The notes under the pieces are model-generated. The model was not told where the DNA came from and made no database searches. It saw only the letters and a list, made by a program, of their open reading frames with translations. A DNA stretch of 63,290 nt, the filler included, from Basidiobolus ranarum (Eukaryota), in assembly GCA_040143965.1 (NCBI GenBank). It is 2 parts of 2 records of this genome, joined end to end, with 100 filler letters (N's around TTAATTAATTAA, not from the genome) between each part and the next. Parts side by side here need not be neighbours in the genome. Positions count along the whole stretch, not along the records: positions 1 to 31,734 come from JASJQH010000088.1; positions 31,835 to 63,290 come from JASJQH010000089.1. One strand, given 5' to 3'. Positions within the stretch are counted from its first letter, which is position 1. Each line of letters begins with the position of its first letter. Shown in pieces: positions 25,451 to 38,845 of the stretch. Both the position numbers and the translations under genes were made by a program.

Positions 25451-26729
25451 AGTCATGACTGGAGAGGAATTATTTACTTGCGTTGTATAGCAGAATAGGG
25501 CTATCTTCCTGTGACTCCATGAACTGTTTTGTGGAAGAAATTTCCGAGATTTTCCACTCATTGTCAGGGGGAGTTCATGGTACCGGTTATTGGTCAATGT
25601 TTTGTGTTCTATATTTTAAAGAACCCTCACCCATCAGTTATCTCATTCTTAAGCTTGACTTTATTCAAGTAGAAAAGAATACCTTGGTTTCTACAGAGAA
25701 ATGAACTTTCCTTGGTTTGGAAAGGAAGTTTTTCTTTACCCAAGATACTCAACATATTAAGCTGGGCTTGTGGTTCTTGTTTATCTCCTTGATATTATAA
25801 TCTATTTCTTATCTTTTAAATTTATCTTTACTTTCAAAATTGAACCTATTTTACAAAAGCAGTTTCGTATTGTTCTTCGAATCGGGTTCAACTCCTTTTC
25901 CTCTACTCTACCCTCCTCTCCTCTACTACCATTTCTTTTTTATCCTACGTTAACATGTACCGATCCCCAAAGTGCGGATCCTCTTTACTAAATCATTAAA
26001 TCACTACTGGAATTTGACTTGGTTTAATGTATTCTTGTCAAATAATAGGTTAAAGGAAGAAATGAACATCATTTAATTAAATTATTTTTAAGTGATATAT
26101 GGTTTTGATATTCCGCAGTATCGGGGTCAGAGTCATCCCCTACATTTAGAGCTTCAGCCAGTATTATGGGCTGAGTATTACAAAGATGGTCGTGGACGTG
26201 GACGTAAACGTAGATGTAGATGTATTAGGTTTAAACTAGTTACTAAACTATGAATATTGACCTATAAAAACGTAACCTTAGCAACCGCACGTCATTACGT
26301 GCACGTGCGAAACTTTTATTCATTGTTAAGGTTACATTTACAAAAATATTCAATAGAGGGTTAAGGCTTAGTGACTTGGTGATATTAGCAATGATTAGGA
26401 TATTTTCTATGGAATTTAATATCCTGTTCATAGAGAATTTCCTATATTTCAGATAGTTTATGGATAGTTTGAAATTTCTCGGAGATTTTATAGATAGATA
26501 AAAATTCAACAGGCTTTTAGTTGTCTTCATCTTGATTCATGGTCACTCTTTGACTTATTGGCATGTTTGATCTTCCAGCAAAGCCCAGTGAGTCATTTAT
26601 GGTTCTACTAATTTCTCATCGAATCCTTTGTTTGTCCTTTGAAACTGCCCAGGAAGTCCACCCAGCTTATCTATAAAAGAAGGTATTGGTGTTGATACAT
26701 CAATATCCCATTGTAACCAACCATCTCTC

Positions 26730-27809
26730 ATGTCTACTTACGATATTTACTACTTGGATATTCTAGGGCGTGCGGAAACAGCCAAACTTATCTTGTTATT
26801 AGCAGGGGTAAGTTTCTTGAATCACTAGTATAAAAATAGTACTAATTATTGTGTAGGAGAAATATGAATCTAAAGATATTAAGGTTGGCTCCAAATTAGT
26901 ATATCAGTCATTCGAATCCATCTATTTATAATCATTAGTTTGAGGATTGGCCTGAAGCTCAAAAAGATGCACCATTTGGTGTGGTACCTTATCTCGTGGA
27001 ACATCAAGAGGATGGCTCAGTAAGTGTAACTATTTGGTGGACTCGATTAGGTTGTGACCAAGTCTAATGACAGTTAGAAATTCGTCCTAGGGGAATCCCA
27101 TGCCATAGAACGTTACTTGGCTAGGAAGTTTGGTGAGTTTTAGTGATATCTAATGGGCTCACAAATAGATCGAGAAATTGATTCTACGCATCCTAGGATT
27201 CCTAGGTAAAAATAATCAGGAAATGGCATTCTTGGAGAGTGTTTGTGATAGCGGAAGTAATGTTAGATTTCAATTCACTTCATCCCTTGAAATGTTCCTC
27301 TGATGAGTTGTCTTAGGTTACATGGGGGAGAAATTCTTTGCTGCACTTGATTTGGAAGGAGAGTCGAAGGTAAGTACCCAACTCCGTGTTTGTTGTCCAA
27401 TCTATAAGTAATAACTTTTATTCATATCAAAGGAAAAAGCTACAAAGCAATTCTATGAAGAAGTTATACCAAAATATATTCGGTCTCATGAGAGTTTGCT
27501 CGCCAAGAATGGAAACGGATATTATTTAGGTCAAGAGGTAAGCAGTTATATTCATTTCATTAAATCATTCCAAATCATCATGTCTAAACATTCTTGGTTC
27601 ATAAATAGTTCACTGTGGCTGAGTTCTTGAATATGCAAATGATACGTCTCATCAATGGAGTCACTGGTAAGGAAATCTTCTCGGAGGCCCAATCCCCTAA
27701 CATCTGGAAGATGTACCAAAATGTACGCAACCACTCTGCATTTGATGAGTATTTTGAGGTATCTGAGGCTAAACTGAAAAAGCTCCATGAGAAACTTAAG
27801 CCGTCATAA
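26730..27809 (+). CDS. Glutathione S-transferase (sigma-like), about 8 short exons
   Basis: MSTYDIYYLDILGRAETAKLILLLAG/EKYE.../EDWPEAQKDAPFGVVPYL.../LGESHAIERYLARKFG...LLAKNGNGYYLG; frame is kept across GT-AG introns. Confidence 0.9.
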
Positions 27810-28742
27810 ATGCTCTAGCATAAATAAACATCTCATTATTGAAATCTAATCATGATGGTTGTGGTTAGGGTTAGGGTTACCTAACTAGATAATAGTAACA
27901 AATCCACCAGTCAGTCTCAATGACAACTAGATGGTCGGTAAAACGAAATTCCCGCTTTCAAAGAAAATGTATACATCGCCTACTCATAAAATTATATAAT
28001 AGAGAGGAGTTGTCATATTCCATTTGTATGTAGAAATACATTAGCGTCAGTTATAAGTTTCACATTTATCTTGTCAACTGTCGGTTCCCTCAGGTCGCTG
28101 CATAGAACTCGCAAAGGTGCCAATTAGAGAATAAATTGATTAGAGTAAAGGGAACCGTTCAGTGAAGATATCTCATTACTGATATACCGTCTCTCGAAAA
28201 AATCTGTCCTAGCTTGGATAGTGAGCTCAGGGGTTGATGCAAAGAAGCCACTAAGGTTAGGGTTAACCGTACTCTCAGATATTAAACTGCGACAATGTTT
28301 ACTATGACAAATATTATCTACTTTTCTAAATATAGTAACATGTTAGGTTACCTCTAGTTTAACTCGAATGCCATTACTTAGTGTCCAAGGCTTCATTAAA
28401 CCACTGTGAAATAAGAACCGGGAGCAGAGTTCATAGTTACACGGAACGAGACTTATGAAAGTGGTAGACGCTATAATATCCATTACACTGACACCCTTAA
28501 TTCAAGCCTCGAAAATGAATAATAGAATCGGTGGATTGGTTTCAAAATCCCTCATTTTTCTAAGTGGACTTTACTACCACCTAAAATGGAAGATATTCCA
28601 AAGATATACAAATCTTTCATTAATAATCATGAGATCGAATACATGGCATGGCTCGTATACCAGCATAAAGCTATAAATTCTAGCATCTAGGTCAATCAAA
28701 AAATATCAACCAACACTTTCTGGAAAAGTGAATCAAAGAAAA

Positions 28743-29444
28743 ATGTACACTTTAACTCCCTTCCTTATCTTGTCTATCTGGCTTCATAGCTTCATCGTGC
28801 AGCCTTTACCATTGTACAATACTAACGTTCAGAATATGAATCGATCAGACTCGGGCATGCTGGTCCTACCAAATGCTTACCTACCAAGTAGTATCCAAAC
28901 CAAGCTCTCCAGGAGGAATCGAAATTCCACGGGTAACCGTTATCAAGGAAATCAGTCAGGTGGTAGCCCCAACAATAACAACAGCAATAATGGAAATACA
29001 CGCAGCACCGGGTACAAAAGCAATGACAGAGTAAATGGGAACAATAACAATCAGAGCAGTAATAGTAAAGGCAATTCATCTGGAGCCATAGGCACTCTCC
29101 AGTTCCGATTTAATAACGGGCAATGCACTGATTGGGCAGATGCTAGATATGCTCAATTAACAGGCCATCACGTAGATTGGTCAGGCGATGCGTTGAGTTG
29201 GCCTTCTTCAGCTCGTAACTCTGCTGGGTGGACCGTATCAAGCCAGGCGAAGTCGCCATCCATTATTGCTCTGCAACCCGGAGTTCAGGGCGTCGGAAGT
29301 GATGGTCATGTGGCGGTTGTTGAAAGTATTGAATCCAATGGAGACGTTTATACCAGCAATTACAATTACAATGGTGGACCTTATATCAAAACCTTTGTTA
29401 CTTTTAAGCCAGGAAATGGGGTTAGTTTTATCTGGCATAACTGA
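28743..29444 (+). CDS. Secreted CHAP-domain (cysteine/histidine-dependent amidohydrolase) protein, intronless
   Basis: Hydrophobic N-terminus MYTLTPFLILSIWLHSFIVQP, N/S/G-rich linker, then GQCTDWA (catalytic Cys), WSGDALSW, GHVAVVE (catalytic His) and SNYNY. Confidence 0.88.
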   Translation: MYTLTPFLILSIWLHSFIVQPLPLYNTNVQNMNRSDSGMLVLPNAYLPSSIQTKLSRRNRNSTGNRYQGNQSGGSPNNNNSNNGNTRSTGYKSNDRVNGNNNNQSSNSKGNSSGAIGTLQFRFNNGQCTDWADARYAQLTGHHVDWSGDALSWPSSARNSAGWTVSSQAKSPSIIALQPGVQGVGSDGHVAVVESIESNGDVYTSNYNYNGGPYIKTFVTFKPGNGVSFIWHN

Positions 29445-30134
29445 TTTCCATTTATTAAGGCAGCAATTGTGCCACTAAAATGTTGGGGTATTTGTTAGCA
29501 TTAGTATGTTAGTTAGCGTTAGGATATTTGTTCACTGGTCAATAAATTTAACACTAAGGAGTGCTTATTAAAGAGCTTATACCAGGACACATGGCTGAAT
29601 TGTAATATATGTTGGAATTGATGCAGATCAGCTAGCTAATAACAAGTATTTTAACATTGTTGATGATTGACCTGAGAGATCTATTCAATGGGTTAGGGTT
29701 GCACTACATACTTCGTGATCTGCATTCAAAATCCTTATTTATTTGAGATGATGGGGTTCGAGTGCCAGGGCCAGAAGCAAGTATATTTACTACAAACTTG
29801 CCAGAATCCACACCTAGAGAGTGACGTCTTAAGGCATTGATCAGATGCACGTAGCTACTACTATGGATTACAATCAAGTCCATCTAGTATAATCTAAAAT
29901 TGCCAAAGAATCTGGATAACATACACCTGTTTCAACCAGATTGAATGGAATAGAACAACTTGCACCACGTTCACAGCGATCATTTTCTATAGAGAGAGTG
30001 ATCGACCAGAGACTTGCCATTGACTGTCTTTGTGGTGTACTCACCAGATCGAAAGAAAAAGCTTAAATACCAGCTATGTTTTCTAGCAAAAGCCATCAAC
30101 ACACCAATCTCCTCGGTGCCTTACTCTGCCAGTC

Positions 30135-31220
30135 ATGAAGTGGTTTGGATTAATCATCGCCTCGTTGTCATTGAGCTATACAGCTTTGGCAACTCCAATC
30201 ACCAAACGTCAAGATCTTACTACCATTGACACCAAAGAGCTCGGTATCCTCAAGACTCATGCTAGATATGCGTCAGCTGCTTATTGTCCTCAGGCTAAGG
30301 TAACAGATTGGTCATGTGGTGAACGTTGTGTAGGCCGTCTGAATGTAACAACCTACTTTACCAACGATGCTACCGGCATAGCCGGATATATTGGTTACAA
30401 CAACGAAGAAAAGAAAATTGTCATTTCATTCCGCGGGTATGGGTTCTTGTGGACATAAAGCAATTGAGATCGATTCAACTAATATCTTGTGATTCTTATA
30501 GATCCTCTAATTGGGCTAACTGGGCAAAGAATCTGGCCATTCTACCAAAAACATTTGTCTACCCTACGGCAAACGAAAATGTCAAAGTCCACAGCGGTTT
30601 CTATGAAACTTATTCCAGCGTTGAAACAACTGTTCGTTCAGGCCTTAAAGATGTCTTGACACAACTAAAAGATGAAACTGATCCATACAAATTAGTCATC
30701 ACTGGACATTCCTTGGTGAGTTGAATCAATAATAGTTCATTCTTCACCCATTCATTAATCACTAATGGACTTGTTTCAGGGAGCGGCGGTCGCAACTTTC
30801 TGCGCCATGGATATCAAGAGATTTTATTTAAATCCTCGCAGTGGAAGATCCTTCAAGTCAGAGTTACTAATCATTGATCGCTCACAAATATACCTACACA
30901 CTTATGGACAACCTAGAGCCGGAAACGCTGATTTCTCACAACTAGTGTATAATACCTTTGGCTTGAATACTACACGCACAACATTGGCAAGAATCACTAA
31001 CAATCGTGACCCAGTGACTAGACTTCCACCTCAAGATATGGGTTATTTCCATCATCCACATGAGATCTACATCCGCAAGGACTCTACCACCGTAGCTTGT
31101 CAGGATGTTATCGGTGGCAAAGTAAGAGAGGACCCTAATTGTATCCTCGGAGTAACTTTTCCAATTGGCTTCAGTGATCATGGAAAATACTGGGATATCC
31201 AGTTTGGTACTGGTTGCTAA
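30135..31220 (+). CDS. Secreted class 3 lipase, two introns
   Basis: Signal peptide plus KR site; YASAAYC, IVISFRG/S, VHSGF, TGHSL/GAA (GxSxG), TYGQPRAGN, DPVTRLPP, DH.KYW. Confidence 0.93.
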
Positions 31221-31734
31221 GCATCCTACAAGTGTTATTAATATATGAGTCACCTCACTCTACCATACCAAATGGTTACTTACCCGTTACTTTGGTTACT
31301 CGTTACCCTTCCTGTTACCCCACCCATTGGCTCAATTGTTAATAAATTCAACACTGATAACAATGCTCATTATATGTAGTAACATGCAGCTGTCAACACT
31401 CATAGAGTTGGCATCTATCTTATCGTATTCAAGCATTGGTGTATTTATTTTGCATGTTCTCTTCTCTGTTGCCAAGACAGTTAGATCCAGTATCTGAATA
31501 TGTTGTGCATTCTAATTCAGCACTCTCTGACAGATTGTGCTTCAATATGATGACCTGTATAATATAACCAAGGCCTGACATCCCATGACTAACAACCTAT
31601 GCCACTGTGGAACAAATATAATTAAACCTGAAGATTACTCATTCCAAACTACGGTACAGTTCAAGTTGCTTTTACATTTTTTTCATAAGCAACTGTTTCC
31701 TCTTGAGCAACAAAGATCAAGGAAGAAATCTGAA

Positions 31735-31834
31735 NNNNNNNNNNNNNNNNNNNNNNNNNNNNNNNNNNNNNNNNNNNNTTAATTAATTAANNNNNNNNNN
31801 NNNNNNNNNNNNNNNNNNNNNNNNNNNNNNNNNN
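31735..31834. other. Assembly gap / artificial contig spacer (44 N + TTAATTAATTAA + 44 N)
   Basis: Exactly 100 nt with a central palindrome that gives stops in all six frames. Confidence 0.97.
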
Positions 31835-33443
31835 CATGAGTTTGATTCAGAGATGGTGATGGTTAGAAAGAGAGAAGAGAAGATCATTGCAAATTATAAA
31901 ATGACCGTTGATAAAGATCATATTTCCAATATTGTCTACGGACCTAGATTACTAAGCAAAAACTCAGATTTAGTTGAAAGTGATATAGTATTAGACATTG
32001 TACTGGCTATGTAGGAGGTTTCAAGAAATAGGCAAAGCATCACCAAAGTAAAACAATTATCACTTTACTCAGGAAACCCTTGTCAGTAGGTGCTAGACTT
32101 ACAAAATAGCATCTCCTATCAAGTAAGAGGCTTTGGACAAAATTATCACACTTTAATTCCTTTACACCTGGAGTTGAGTTCAATACAAGCCATTTGGAAT
32201 CTCTTTACCCCTTGGGTGATAACTTCACTGACATTCACACTTACGACGTTCACAAATAGGCATGCTTGATAATATTTTTACTCAGAATTGTCCCATTCTC
32301 TGCAGTTACATTCTTTCCAGTCTAAATCTCAAGGATAGATCACTCTATCATAAAAAGTTTGGAAGACTGACATATGCTTTTTTATTGTTGGGATTGACAT
32401 TTTTGTAGAATCAATTTATTTGTTAATATGACCATTTCTGATTGGTTTTTCTTCCCAAGCTTGCTCAGACTTCAATCCCACTTGAACATGGCCAGTTTGG
32501 AGATGTAAATACTCATAGGTATGAGCTAGCGGGAAATACGGTCATCGATTTGTGGCACAGCAAATTTACCATAAATACTTGTCACAAGAAACACTATCCA
32601 AAGGTGGTACTCAAGTGTATCACTAGGACCAGCGGGGATATGAGTCTAGAGGAGTACTTGAACCATCGTTTCGAAAAAGTTCACCCTATTCTCTCCAAAT
32701 TGGTGTTGCCGCAGTGATTACATGTTGCTTTTGGGTAAGAGAGGAGTTGAGAAATACAGAGTGCGATATCACTTGCCACGAAAGCTCACCATCTGGCGCC
32801 TGATTTCTGTGGTACGAAATTAAGCAAGCATCGGTGATGAAATACATTCGTATAATGTTAATTTGATGTTGCACATTCAGTGAGAGTAATTCTCACAATC
32901 CAGAGCCAAGTTACACGTGTGAGGTGTGCTAGGCTTGGAGTATTTCCATAAAATGAACCTCATTTATCGGTAAATCAAGGGACCCTCTCCTCATTCACTC
33001 ATGAGGATTCGGTATGTTGATATGTGAAATTCTACTTGAGCAATCTCCTTTTCATAGAGGACGAGATATATCACGTGATCTACCAAGGATGAAGTGACCC
33101 AACCAACATGTTACCTGACTTGGTATCTCTCACTCAGAGGGGTAGGAACTTTGTGGTGATTTTGCAGGAATCGGGTAGCGTCGCAAGTCAGGACTTGGAA
33201 AATCCGAAGGTGTCAGTAATGATTTTTAGCAAACATACTTTATAATGTTAGAAAGGAAATTTAAAACTCTGCATTAGCCACATATGTTACTTATCACCAT
33301 CCGGGAGGTTTTCACTGTTTCATGGTCAAAATGGTTTATTAATTATAAATTTTAGGGTGAGGTGGTTCGGATTAAATGGAATATCTACGAGTATATGTGA
33401 CAACATAATATGGGTTAAATTCATGAGATGATCTGGAATACAA

Positions 33444-36400
33444 CTAATTGGTGCCTAAATCTTGTTGAATGACTAATGAGTAGTATTGTCCCTTAAGTCC
33501 CATTAGTTCATCGTGAGTGCCCTGTTCGTTGACCACTCCATTCTTGAACACGTAGATGACATCTGCCTTCTGAATGGTGGATAGACGATGAGCGACCGCA
33601 ATGGTGGTTCTACCCTTGGCTGCGTTATCAAGTGCCGTTTGAACCACCTTCTCTGACTCGGCATCCAAGGCGGAGGTGGCCTCATCCAATAACAGAACCT
33701 TAGGGTTTCTGATCAAGGCGCGAGCAATGGCAATACGTTGTTTCTGACCACCAGAAAGTTGAGAACCTTTGCTACCAAGTGGGGTGTCATATCCCTTGGG
33801 AAGTCCTACGATGAATTCATGGATGTTGGCATCGCGTGCCGCTTGTTCAATCTCTTGTTGTGAAGGAATACGATCGACCAAACCGAAGCAGATGTTTTCC
33901 CTAATGGTCATATCGTAGAGAGTTGGCTCTTGACCGACCAAGGCGATGTGTTTACGTAAGTCATTGATGTTCATTTGACGGACATCCTTGCCATCGATCA
34001 TTACATTTCCGGAAATAACGTCGTAGAAACGCTCGGTAAGGCCAATGACGGTACTCTTACCACATCCAGATGGACCAACCAAGGCAGCATATTGTCCAGG
34101 TCGGATATCAAGGTTGAGTCCTCGAAGAACAGCCACACCTGGACGTGTTGGATAGCGGAAGTGGACGTTATCGTAAGTGACACGACCTTCTATGGCATTC
34201 ACCTTGTCTCCTTCGTTGGTAGAAACATCGATCAAAGGTTGACGATCCAGAAGATTAATGATATGACTGGCAGCGGATTTGGCTTTACTGATGTCTGGGA
34301 CGAAGGAGAAGATGTTACCAGCACTTTGAGCACCGAATACGATGGCCATGAAGATGACCATGAACTTCTGAAGATCGTACTCCCCATTAGCGATAAGGGT
34401 ACCACCATACCAGAAACCAAGAGCGTTTACCAAGAATACGATGGCTTGTGAGAGAGCGAAGACGAAAGATGAGCCGAATGCATTCTTGATGCCTTCCTTC
34501 ACTGGTCCCTCGAGTTCCTGGTGGTACATATCACATACATCCTTCTCACGAGTGAGCGAGGCGACGGTACGCACTGCGGAGGCGGCTTCACAGGCAAGTT
34601 GTGCAGAATATTCGTATGCACGTTTCTGCTGCTCTTGATAACCATTCATCATCTTCATTCTGATCACACCAGCACCCATCAACACTGGCACACATGCGAC
34701 TACTACCAGGGTAAGCTTCCATCCGTACACAAAGCCGATAATGAAACCACCGACAATTGTGCAGAACACTTGGAGAATCGTACCGAGCGTAACACCGCTT
34801 ACACCTTGGACGTGAGTAGCATCAGTGGAAAGGGCTGAGACCAAGGCACCAGTGTTATTGGAGTCTCTATCGAACCATCCAATCTCTTGACGAAGCATTG
34901 CATTGAAAGCTCTGGAACGAATTCTCTCAATCAATCTTTCACCAGCGATACCAAAGAAGGTGCCCTGAGCAGTGTTGGAGATAAAGGCACAGCAGGCGAT
35001 CACCAAGAACATGGATGCCCAGAAGTTAATGTCCTCGATTAAAGTAGGGTTTCCTTTATACATGACAGCCATGATCTTCGAGAACAAAATAGCAAAAATG
35101 GGGGTGACCAAGCCGGAGACGATCGATCCAGCCAAACCAAGCAACATGAAAGATAGCTCAGGTTTACTCAATAGATAAACACGGTAGATAACGTATATAA
35201 GGGAATGGCTCTTTTCTTCATCACCATTTTCAAGGCTTAATTGGTTTCCAGTAGAGTACATCGACTGAATGGTGGTTTTACGTCTTAGTTGGGAGTCAAT
35301 CGATTTAACAGCGTCGATATTGGTATCTTCTGGAGGCAGTGTGTTGTCAAGATCATCGTCATCTTTCTTCGTGATTCTCTGGAGTTCAACCAACTTGTAG
35401 TATGCACCTTTAGATTCAATCAGTGATTTATGTGTTCCTTGTTCGACGATGTCGCCCTTCTCCATCACGATAATTTGATCGGCATTACGGATGGTGGAAA
35501 GTCGATGAGCAATAACAATGGTAGTTCTACCAGAACTAGCGCGGTCCAATGCTTGTTGAACGATCCCTTCCGATTGAGTATCTAGGGCGGATGTAGCCTC
35601 ATCCAGAAGCAATATACGAGGATCCTTCACGATGGCTCTGGCGATGGCAATTCTCTGTTTCTGTCCGCCAGAAAGTAGGAAGCCTCTTTCACCTACGTGG
35701 GTATCATATTGATCCGGTAGCAAGGTGATGAAATCATGAGCATTGGCCATTTTACACGCTTCTTTGATGAGCTCCATCTTCTTCTCGGGAGAAGCGTTCT
35801 CGTGAGGAGTTCCGATTAATCCGTGGGCTACATTTTCTGCGATAGTGCATCTGAATAGAGTTGGCTCCTGAGAGACAAGTCCGATTTGTCTTCTCAACCA
35901 GTGGACATTTAACTCATCAATTGGAGTGCCATCCAAAAGAATTTCTCCTTGAATAGGATCATAGAATCTTTCCAACAATTGGATGATTGTAGATTTACCA
36001 GAGCCACTAGCACCTACCAACGCAACCGTGTGACCAGGTTGGATAGTGATATTGATTCCTTGCAAGATGGGAACATCAGGACGAGATGGGTAGTGGAAGT
36101 AAATGTTACGGGCTTCAATTAATCCTTGAGTTGGCTGAGTAGGCTTAATTCCTTCCTCAGAAAACGAGTCAATCAGTGGGATTCTATAAATAGCCTCATA
36201 CAGTTTCGCGGCCGCACCCTGAGCAAACGAGAAAGCCTGGAGATTTGGGGCAATATGACCAAGAGAGAAAGCACCAATCATCACAGCGAAGAAAACGTTC
36301 ATCACCTGACCCACGTCAAGTTCGTTATTGTTGATAAGTTTCCCGCCAAACCAGAAGGCAAGTGAATAAGCTGCATAAATGATAAGAAAGATCACACCGA

Positions 36401-37317
36401 TACCCAATCCGGTTAGAAGGGATTTTTTCATTCCTTGCTTCTTGGCATTGGCGATGTTCACATCGTACATATCCGCCAGTTTCTTCTGCTGACCAAAAGC
36501 TACAGTGGTTCGAATGGAGGAGAACACCTCTTCAGCGAGGGTTCCTGAAAGGGAGTAGTAATCCAAAGCTTTCTTGACGTATTTCGAATTGAAGAAATTC
36601 AAAACTCCCACGGAGATGGCAATTAATGGGATAATAACACACAACACCAAAGTGAGCTTCCAGTTTCTAGTGAAAGCGATGATAAAAGCAGAGATGAAGG
36701 TTGCGATGTAATTGATTGTTTGTGGAGCCTTTTCCGAGATACCGTCTTGAACCAAATGGGTATCGCTGGTGATTCTGGTGGTCACCTCACCAGCACCCAA
36801 TTTATCAAACCAAGCAATATCTTGACGAAGAACCGCTTCCAAGTATGACTCACGGATTTTTCGTGTTTGACGTTCACCGGCATAGACCCATGTGCACATG
36901 TAGCCGTATGTGGTAACCAGAACAGCTATGGCGAGGTACACGAAGTACAATGCGTATTTACCGATCTCTTTCTTGAATTGATCTGGTGTCATTGTTCCCT
37001 GCATCCAACCACTCATAACACCTACCATCTCACCGAAAATAATTCTAAAGCAAAACGAAGAGTTAGTTAGTGAATGGAAACTAAATGGAGGTTCTCTTCA
37101 TTTCTACTTACGTCATAACAGGCATACCAGCGCCTGCAATCATGGCACAGACAATACCTATGATCATGAGAGTCCAATCGAAAGATGTGGCGAAGTTGAA
37201 TAACTCTCTCATGGAAACTTTGGTTTCCTTCACATTGGTCTTGGTATCCAAGGGGATCTTTTCATTCAAAGTCGATTCCCTGTCGTTAGCGGAAACTTTC
37301 CGCTCATTAGTCGCCAT
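33444..37317 (-). CDS. MDR1: Full-size ABCB (MDR/P-glycoprotein) transporter, one intron
   Basis: Two TMD-NBD halves; Walker A GASGSGKS and GPSGCGKS, LSGGQKQRIAIARA, LLLDEATSALD. Exon 1 ends GMPVMT|gtaagt. Confidence 0.97.
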
Positions 37318-37920
37318 AGTAATATAAAAAAATTGGATATGTGGTTAGATAGTGGGAAATGGGCCCAATATATACTGGAGTCACACTCAACCGGAGAAAC
37401 ATTGATAGTGGGCGAATTTCCGGTATACTACGCAAAAACGGAACCCCTCCGAAGTAAACTAACTTTAACGTTCGACCAATCAGATCGCTCTGTTAGGGAA
37501 AGAAATAGAGTTTCTCCGAGAGGTGATCTAAATTTCCGGAAAGTAGGCATGAGATTTTCCTTGAGCTCTGAATGGCGCACCTGCTAAATTCGGCCAATAT
37601 CAAGTCCATCCCACACTATTGCCAAATCCTAGTTCATTCGAGTTACCTATTCTATATTGCATTGAGTTACACTGTGCACTGCTTGTTCGTTGCTCAATTT
37701 CTTGCTAATGAACTAGATGGTGCCTCTAACTTCTATTCATTTACCAACAATAGCATGAATATGGTCTGCATACGATAACATTCAAATCAGAATCTATACA
37801 AGATAGACATGAAGATACCAACATTCTAATCATATGGAAAATAATCATCTTTATCTTTCCAAATCGAGTATTTCTAGATCTGACCAACACCGTGCATATT
37901 AAACTAATTTTGCGGTGTAG

Positions 37921-37988
37921 AATAGTAACGTTTCTTAGTTTAGACTTGTATATATATATATAATAGTAACGTTCCTTAGTTTAGACTT
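37921..37988. repeat. 27-bp direct duplication flanking a (TA)n run
   Basis: aatagtaacgtt(t/c)cttagtttagactt at 37921-37947 and 37962-37988. Confidence 0.9.
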
Positions 37989-38845
37989 TGGTGGCTAAGA
38001 AACAGATCCCAAAATAGTCACACTACCACTACCAATGGAAGAAATACCAATAACTTAAACCGCACAATCCTAACTTTAGTTTAAATGAAATCACCTTTGT
38101 ATAATCCTAACTTGGGAATTATATGAAATCATTCTTGATGGATGTTTGATTGCATTTGGATGTAATTGGATTAATAGTTCCATGTGAAGGTGATTCTCTA
38201 AATGTGATTCTCACTAAGTGCTGTGAACTTTATAGGCTGATGAAAGTGCTAGTACCACCCTTGTATTACTCATGAATCATCATCAATCTATATAACCGCT
38301 CTATTTCCACCAAAGATTATTCTCACCTCTATCCACGCTACCTATTTCCCTTATATTAAATGTTGAGTTCGTCCTAGATGATAGTGTTTACCACCCTCTC
38401 TCCAAATCTATGATACTGGAGTGAGTCTAAATGTAATTTCTTATACGATATGTAGTTTGACGTTGGTGGGATTTCTCTAATCGACTCTTCTACTTCTTCT
38501 TCCAAGTCGGTCTTCGGCTTTTGATGAGCTGTATTACCTCAACACCTGAAATCCTTCCCGATCTATTTATGATCAGTGCACTCCTTGACTAGGACTGTTC
38601 TCTGCGTATTTTAAGTAGTAGGGCGGATCTGAAAACGCAAGTTCACTCTGATGTACATTTACGGCCATTGTGATGCCTAAATCACCATCATAACCAGATA
38701 AAACCTGGAAGGTAAATAGAGTGACGCTTGAACTCACCTTCGTCATTCTAGACTTGCTCGTAGTGAAGGACATCTTGGCGACGCGGAGCCATGAAATTGG
38801 TGAAGAACGAGAGTTTGCTACGGCCGGTTACCTATATATATATAT

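Noticed and set aside
31835-32874. Short ORFs right of the gap (e.g. 32442-32717)
   Set aside because: No recognisable motif or consistent exon chain; may be a truncated gene or repeat relic.
33503-37070. Several 60-160 aa ORFs antisense to or overlapping the ABC transporter (likewise within BCK1, PTR2 and VPS1)
   Set aside because: Shadow ORFs expected from the codon bias of long genes; no independent coding signal.
38440-38792. Possible decayed gene on the - strand (MAPRRQDVLHYEQV*...)
   Set aside because: Early stops and no recognisable family.
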